DNA of 25,653 bases, taken from Gemmatimonadota bacterium (GTDB taxonomy: Bacteria > Latescibacterota > UBA2968 > UBA8231). The translations under genes and the position numbers were made by a program. Below, piece by piece: positions 19,897 to 25,653 of the stretch. Position 1 is the stretch's first letter. The number at the start of each line of letters is the position of its first letter. The DNA lies in assembly GCA_038128265.1 (NCBI GenBank), contig JAYPJE010000025.1:20410-46062 (forward strand). Reading direction: 5' to 3'. Below the pieces are notes generated by a model. It saw only the letters and a program-made list of their open reading frames with translations. It was not told the origin of the DNA and ran no database searches.

Positions 19897-20847
19897 GTGG
19901 AGCTCGATTTCAAGCCAGCTATCGAATTTGTCCAGCGCGGCCAGCGCTTCCTGTTGACCACGCATGTCAACAGCGATGCCGATGGCATTGGCGCGTGCAT
20001 GGCGATGCAGCAGTTTCTGCGCCAGCTCGGCAAGGAAGCGCATATCGGCCTACCCGACCCTCCTGCCGATCAGTGTGCGTTTATCGATGGCTGGAACGAA
20101 GTGCGCCACATCGACGAAGTGTTGGATTTCGAATACACCCACGCCATTATTTTGGACTGTCCCACCCTAGAGCGCATTGGTCCCGTCGCAGCGCATATCG
20201 CCGGTTTGCCCATCCTCACTATAGACCACCACAAGGGCGGGCCCCTAGCCGGTCAAACCAACCTCATCACAACCGAGGTCAGTTCGACCTGCGAATTGGT
20301 CTATCATATGGCGCAGGCGGCCGACTGGTCAGTGGACACATCCATCGCATCGGCGCTCTACACCGGCATCATCTTCGACACCGGCAGCTTTCGCTTCTCG
20401 CTGACGACGCCCACGACCTTTGAGGTGGCCGCCCAGCTCGTCCGTTTTGGCATTCGCCTCGATCGACTGTCCGATCAGCTCTTTGGCAACAGGAGTTACG
20501 GTTCGGTAAAGCAGCTAGGCGCGGCCATAGATTCGCTGGTGCTGCACGGCGATGGACGCATTGCCGTGCTGCTACTCGACGCCGAAGCCATGGACGCTGG
20601 CGATCCCGATGGAGCAGTCAACTACGGCCTGATGGTCAAGGGCGTAGAGGTCGCCGTGCTGCTCAAAGAATACGAAGCGGGCAAGTACCGGGTCAGCCTG
20701 CGCTCGCAGGAGGACGTCGATGTAAACGCCATTGCCAACGCATTTTCCGGCGGCGGACACGCGCGGGCAGCCGGCTGTCGCATGCAGGGAAGCGCCGCGG
20801 AAGTAACCGACTTATTATTGGCCGAAATCAAGCGCCATTTACGCTAG
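19897..20847 (+). CDS. nrnA: DHH/DHHA1 phosphoesterase (NrnA-like nanoRNase/pAp phosphatase)
   Basis: THVNSDADGIG, ILDC, IDHH, SSTCE, DTGSF, RVSLRS, GGGHARAAG. GTG 19897 follows GGAGA. Confidence 0.88.
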   Translation: MELDFKPAIEFVQRGQRFLLTTHVNSDADGIGACMAMQQFLRQLGKEAHIGLPDPPADQCAFIDGWNEVRHIDEVLDFEYTHAIILDCPTLERIGPVAAHIAGLPILTIDHHKGGPLAGQTNLITTEVSSTCELVYHMAQAADWSVDTSIASALYTGIIFDTGSFRFSLTTPTTFEVAAQLVRFGIRLDRLSDQLFGNRSYGSVKQLGAAIDSLVLHGDGRIAVLLLDAEAMDAGDPDGAVNYGLMVKGVEVAVLLKEYEAGKYRVSLRSQEDVDVNAIANAFSGGGHARAAGCRMQGSAAEVTDLLLAEIKRHLR

Positions 20848-20859
20848 GAGCGCACGCTT

Positions 20860-21786
20860 TTGCATTTAGTAACGCTAAAGGACTGGTCGCCAGAAGACGT
20901 CCTGCACACCGTCGAACGCAGCATTGATATCAAGCGCAATCCACGCCATTACAGCGCTGCGCTGAGCGGCAAAACGCTGGCTCTGCTCTTCCAAAAAACC
21001 TCTACGCGCACGCGCTGTGCCGGCGAAATCGGCATGACGCAGCTGGGCGGTCACGCCCTCTACCTAGACTGGCGCAACACCAACTTCGGCCTAGCCGACT
21101 TGGGCGACGAAGTGCGCGTGCTCAGCAGCTACGCCGATTTTATCGTCGCGCGCCTGATGCAGCACGACGACGTTCTGCGCGCGGCTGACGCGTCTACGGT
21201 TCCCATTATGAACGGGTGCTGCAACCGCTATCACCCACTGCAGGGGCTAACCGACCTAATGACGGTGTACGAGGGAATGGGACGGCTCGAAGGCGCGCGG
21301 CTGACCTACGTCGGCGTGCTCAACAACGTGGCCAACTCCCTTATCGCAGCTGGGCTAAAAACAGGCATGCACGTCACCTGTATCTGTCCAGAAATCAACC
21401 CTGCGGCCCGCGATGAAGCGCTCTATCAAGAGGCTCGTGCCGCAGGGCTCTACGAGTACGGCGAAGACGCAGAGCAGCTGCGCGGTGTCCTAGAACAATC
21501 CGATGTCGTATACACAGATACCTGGATCGATATGGAATTTTTCACCGATCCGGCATTTGCCGAGGAAAAGGAGCGACGCATTGCCCTCTTTCAGCCGTTT
21601 CAGATCAACGCCGAGCTGGTGCGGGGATTAGACCTGAAAATACTGCACTGCCTGCCGGCGCATCACGGCTACGAGATCACCGGTGAGATGCTGCACGATC
21701 CGCGCTCGCTGATCTTCACGCAGGCCGAAAACCGCCTGCATAGCCAAAAGGCCGTGCTCTTACAGCTGGCCGACGCCCTCCGCTAG
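20860..21786 (+). CDS. argF: Ornithine carbamoyltransferase (divergent)
   Basis: FQKTSTRTR carbamoyl-phosphate motif, HPLQ, NNVANS, YTDTW, HCLP, QAENRLH. TTG start follows AGGAG. The usual SMG loop reads DME. Confidence 0.8.
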   Translation: MHLVTLKDWSPEDVLHTVERSIDIKRNPRHYSAALSGKTLALLFQKTSTRTRCAGEIGMTQLGGHALYLDWRNTNFGLADLGDEVRVLSSYADFIVARLMQHDDVLRAADASTVPIMNGCCNRYHPLQGLTDLMTVYEGMGRLEGARLTYVGVLNNVANSLIAAGLKTGMHVTCICPEINPAARDEALYQEARAAGLYEYGEDAEQLRGVLEQSDVVYTDTWIDMEFFTDPAFAEEKERRIALFQPFQINAELVRGLDLKILHCLPAHHGYEITGEMLHDPRSLIFTQAENRLHSQKAVLLQLADALR

Positions 21787-21788
21787 GC

Positions 21789-22598
21789 ATGGCGCACCTC
21801 AACGCTCTGCTGCTGCTGCTAGCCCTGAGCGCGCTCTGGCCAGACCCATCGCACGCGCAACAGGACACTACGGCCAGCGCGAAAGGCGACACGAGCAGCG
21901 CGAAAGGCGAGGAAAAGGTATTCCGCTTCGAGCCCTCCCCCTACCGCATTCAACGCGTGCACCTAGCGCCCGGCGAACGCGGGCCCCAGGCCGGCGTGAG
22001 TCGCGGTCGCTACATAGTCAATTTCGGCACGCGGGATGGCGTGCAGCCGGGCAGCATTTTTCGCGTGCTCTACCGCGGCCAGCTCATGGGCCTCTTGAAA
22101 ACAACGCGTGCTTGGCGCGATACGACCGAGCTGACCCTCGTGCGCCTCGTGCGCAAAAGCGACGTCCAGTCGCCGTACCCGCTCAACCCAGGCTACTATT
22201 TAGAACCGCAGCTGGTGCTGTTGGAAACCATCTATTTCGAAGCGGGAGAACCCGTCATTGATCCCGATATGTACGAACGCCTGCGCTACGCGGCGCGCTT
22301 TGTGCGTTCGTTTCCGAAGTTTCCCCTCGTAATCGAAGGCCACACCGATTCCAGAGGTAAGGCCGGCGAAAATATGGCGCTGTCGCAGCGGCGCGCCGAA
22401 GGCGTGCGCGTCTTTCTCCACGAGGTATTTCGCTTACCCTTAGAACAGCTGCACGCCGTCGGCTACGGCGAGGACCGCCCCGTCGCCAGCAACGTGACAC
22501 CCGAAGGCCGCTACGCGAATCGTCGCGTCGATATTGTACTGGTGGATAAACTACCCGCGCTGCCCGGCGCAGAAGAGAAAAAAGAGAGCGCCCAATAA
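21789..22598 (+). CDS. Exported OmpA C-terminal-like (peptidoglycan-binding) domain protein
   Basis: Signal peptide ending SHA-Q; IYFE, IEGHTDSRG..N..LSQRRA..V, GYGE.RP.A.N....GR..NRRVDI. Confidence 0.9.
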   Translation: MAHLNALLLLLALSALWPDPSHAQQDTTASAKGDTSSAKGEEKVFRFEPSPYRIQRVHLAPGERGPQAGVSRGRYIVNFGTRDGVQPGSIFRVLYRGQLMGLLKTTRAWRDTTELTLVRLVRKSDVQSPYPLNPGYYLEPQLVLLETIYFEAGEPVIDPDMYERLRYAARFVRSFPKFPLVIEGHTDSRGKAGENMALSQRRAEGVRVFLHEVFRLPLEQLHAVGYGEDRPVASNVTPEGRYANRRVDIVLVDKLPALPGAEEKKESAQ

Positions 22599-22624
22599 AT
22601 CGCTGGGAGGCCGTGCCCGGTTCT

Positions 22625-23104
22625 TCACTCCCCCCGCTGGTAGACGCCGCTCCTTCCGCCGCGCTTTTCCATCAGGCGCAGTTCGGAAATCACCATGCCG
22701 CGGTCGACGCCCTTACACATGTCGTAAATCGTCAGCAGCGCTAGGCTGGCCGCTGTCAGCGCCTCCATCTCAACGCCGGTGCGGTCATCGATACGCGCTG
22801 CGGCCTCTACTTCCACTCGGTCCTGACCAACGGTGAATTCAATATCGATAGCCGTGATGTTGAGGGGATGGCATAGGGGAATCAGCTCCCCCGTGCGCTT
22901 GGCTGCCATTATGCCAGCCAGCCGCGCCGCCTCCAGCACATTGCCCTTGGCCACTCGATTCTGCTCTATAAGCGCGACCGTCTCCGGCCGCATGCGAATT
23001 TCTCCACGCACGCGCGCTAGCCGCGCCGTCTTCTCTTTGTCGCCCACATCGACCATTTTTAAGCGCCCCTCCCCATCGAGGTGCGTCAGCTTTTCTCCGT
23101 CCAT
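22625..23104 (-). CDS. moaC: Cyclic pyranopterin monophosphate synthase
   Basis: LTHLD..G..KMVDV, KGNVL..ARLAGIMAAKRT..LIPLCHP, TGVEMEAL, LTIYDMCK, KRGGRSG. Start is 23104 or 23116. Confidence 0.96.
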   Translation of the reverse strand: MDGEKLTHLDGEGRLKMVDVGDKEKTARLARVRGEIRMRPETVALIEQNRVAKGNVLEAARLAGIMAAKRTGELIPLCHPLNITAIDIEFTVGQDRVEVEAAARIDDRTGVEMEALTAASLALLTIYDMCKGVDRGMVISELRLMEKRGGRSGVYQRGE

Positions 23105-23159
23105 TTGTTTCCCCATTGGTTCGTTGTGACTCACCGTTCCGTGCGCCGCATTCAGCACC

Positions 23160-23822
23160 CTACAAATCGGCAAGCTCTTCCACGACGATATCGGTCTCCC
23201 ACACCGTCTGCACAGCTTCGATAATTGCCCCTTCTACGCGGGCGCGCTCTACGCTGTGGCCCAGCACCTTTTCCAAGGTCGTCACTTGGTCTCCGTCGAG
23301 CCCACAGGGACGCATGGCGCGAAAAAAGTCCAATTCGGGTGCGATATTCAGCGCAAAGCCGTGCGACGTGATCCAGCGGCTAACGTGAATGCCCATGGCC
23401 GCTATTTTTTTATCACCAACCCAGACGCCGGTCAGCCCTTCGCGCCGCGTGGCCTCAACCTCCATAGACGCCAAGGCCACGATGAGAATTTCCTCCACGT
23501 CGCGCAAATAGCGATGCACGTCGCGACCCCGCGCGCGCAAGTCTACAATCGGATACCCCACCAGCTGACCCGGGCCGTGATACGTTATGCTGCCGCCGCG
23601 TTCAATGTCGACGACTTCAACGCCGCGCGCGCGCAACCACGCCTGCTGCGGCAAGTGCTCGAGCTGCGTCGCCCGACCACAGGTATAGGTTGACGGGTGC
23701 TCCAGCAGCAGCAGGGCATCATCTACCGCACCCGCATGGCGCTGATCGCGGCGCGCGCGCTGCCAGTCGAGTGCTCGACCATAAGAAACGCGCGGCACCA
23801 CATAGACGTGCAATGGGTTCAT
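23160..23822 (-). CDS. lipB: Octanoyltransferase (lipoate biosynthesis)
   Basis: LLEHPSTYTCG, RGGSITYHGPGQLVGYPI, GVWV..KKIAAMG, HGFALN, PCG. Confidence 0.95.
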   Translation of the reverse strand: MNPLHVYVVPRVSYGRALDWQRARRDQRHAGAVDDALLLLEHPSTYTCGRATQLEHLPQQAWLRARGVEVVDIERGGSITYHGPGQLVGYPIVDLRARGRDVHRYLRDVEEILIVALASMEVEATRREGLTGVWVGDKKIAAMGIHVSRWITSHGFALNIAPELDFFRAMRPCGLDGDQVTTLEKVLGHSVERARVEGAIIEAVQTVWETDIVVEELADL

Positions 23823-23846
23823 ACCGACAAAATAGGGACTGTAGTC

Positions 23847-23875
23847 TTGCGTGGAAATAGTGACTTCGCTATATT
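23847..23875 (+). promoter_or_regulatory. Putative sigma70 promoter of groEL
   Basis: TTGCGT -17 nt- TATATT, directly upstream of the CIRCE-like repeat. Confidence 0.65.
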
Positions 23876-23895
23876 TTACGATTCAGCGAGACTTT

Positions 23896-23923
23896 TTGGC
23901 ACTCTATCCTTCTCGAGTGCTAA
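23896..23923 (+). promoter_or_regulatory. CIRCE-like element (HrcA operator)
   Basis: TTGGCACTC-N10-GAGTGCTAA versus consensus TTAGCACTC-N9-GAGTGCTAA, located between the promoter and groEL. Confidence 0.8.
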
Positions 23924-23982
23924 AATTGTCCGCGACACATTGCACTTAATGCGTTTTAAATTCACCTAAAACAATATTTTAG

Positions 23983-25650
<1,668 letters not shown>

Positions 25651-25653
25651 ACC

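Overview
GC-rich bacterial chromosomal segment with about 22 protein-coding genes. I found no rRNA, tRNA, CRISPR array, integrase or transposase. Left part: a 5'-damaged FMN alpha-hydroxy-acid oxidase, a Dabb protein, a sugar epimerase-like TIM barrel, monomeric isocitrate dehydrogenase with a strong terminator, and a three-gene cluster (double beta-propeller/Kelch protein, PhyH-type Fe(II)/2OG dioxygenase, atypical enolase-superfamily enzyme). Middle (about 8.2-12.8 kb, minus strand, visibly lower GC): three tandem paralogous signalling genes built from four CheY-like receiver domains and three copies of a shared ~142-aa domain that looks like a degenerate receiver. The last gene adds an HDOD domain, and no kinase gene lies in the window. 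This cassette is the most unusual element. Right part: a housekeeping run (mfd, PPIase lipoprotein, SurA-like, S4/RqcP-like, methyltransferase, DHH/NrnA, divergent argF, OmpA-domain), then moaC and lipB on the minus strand, and a groEL with no upstream groES behind a sigma70 promoter and a CIRCE-like repeat. The gene content suggests a diderm, possibly FCB/Latescibacterota-like; this is inference only. All calls come from visual motif recognition; no searches were run.
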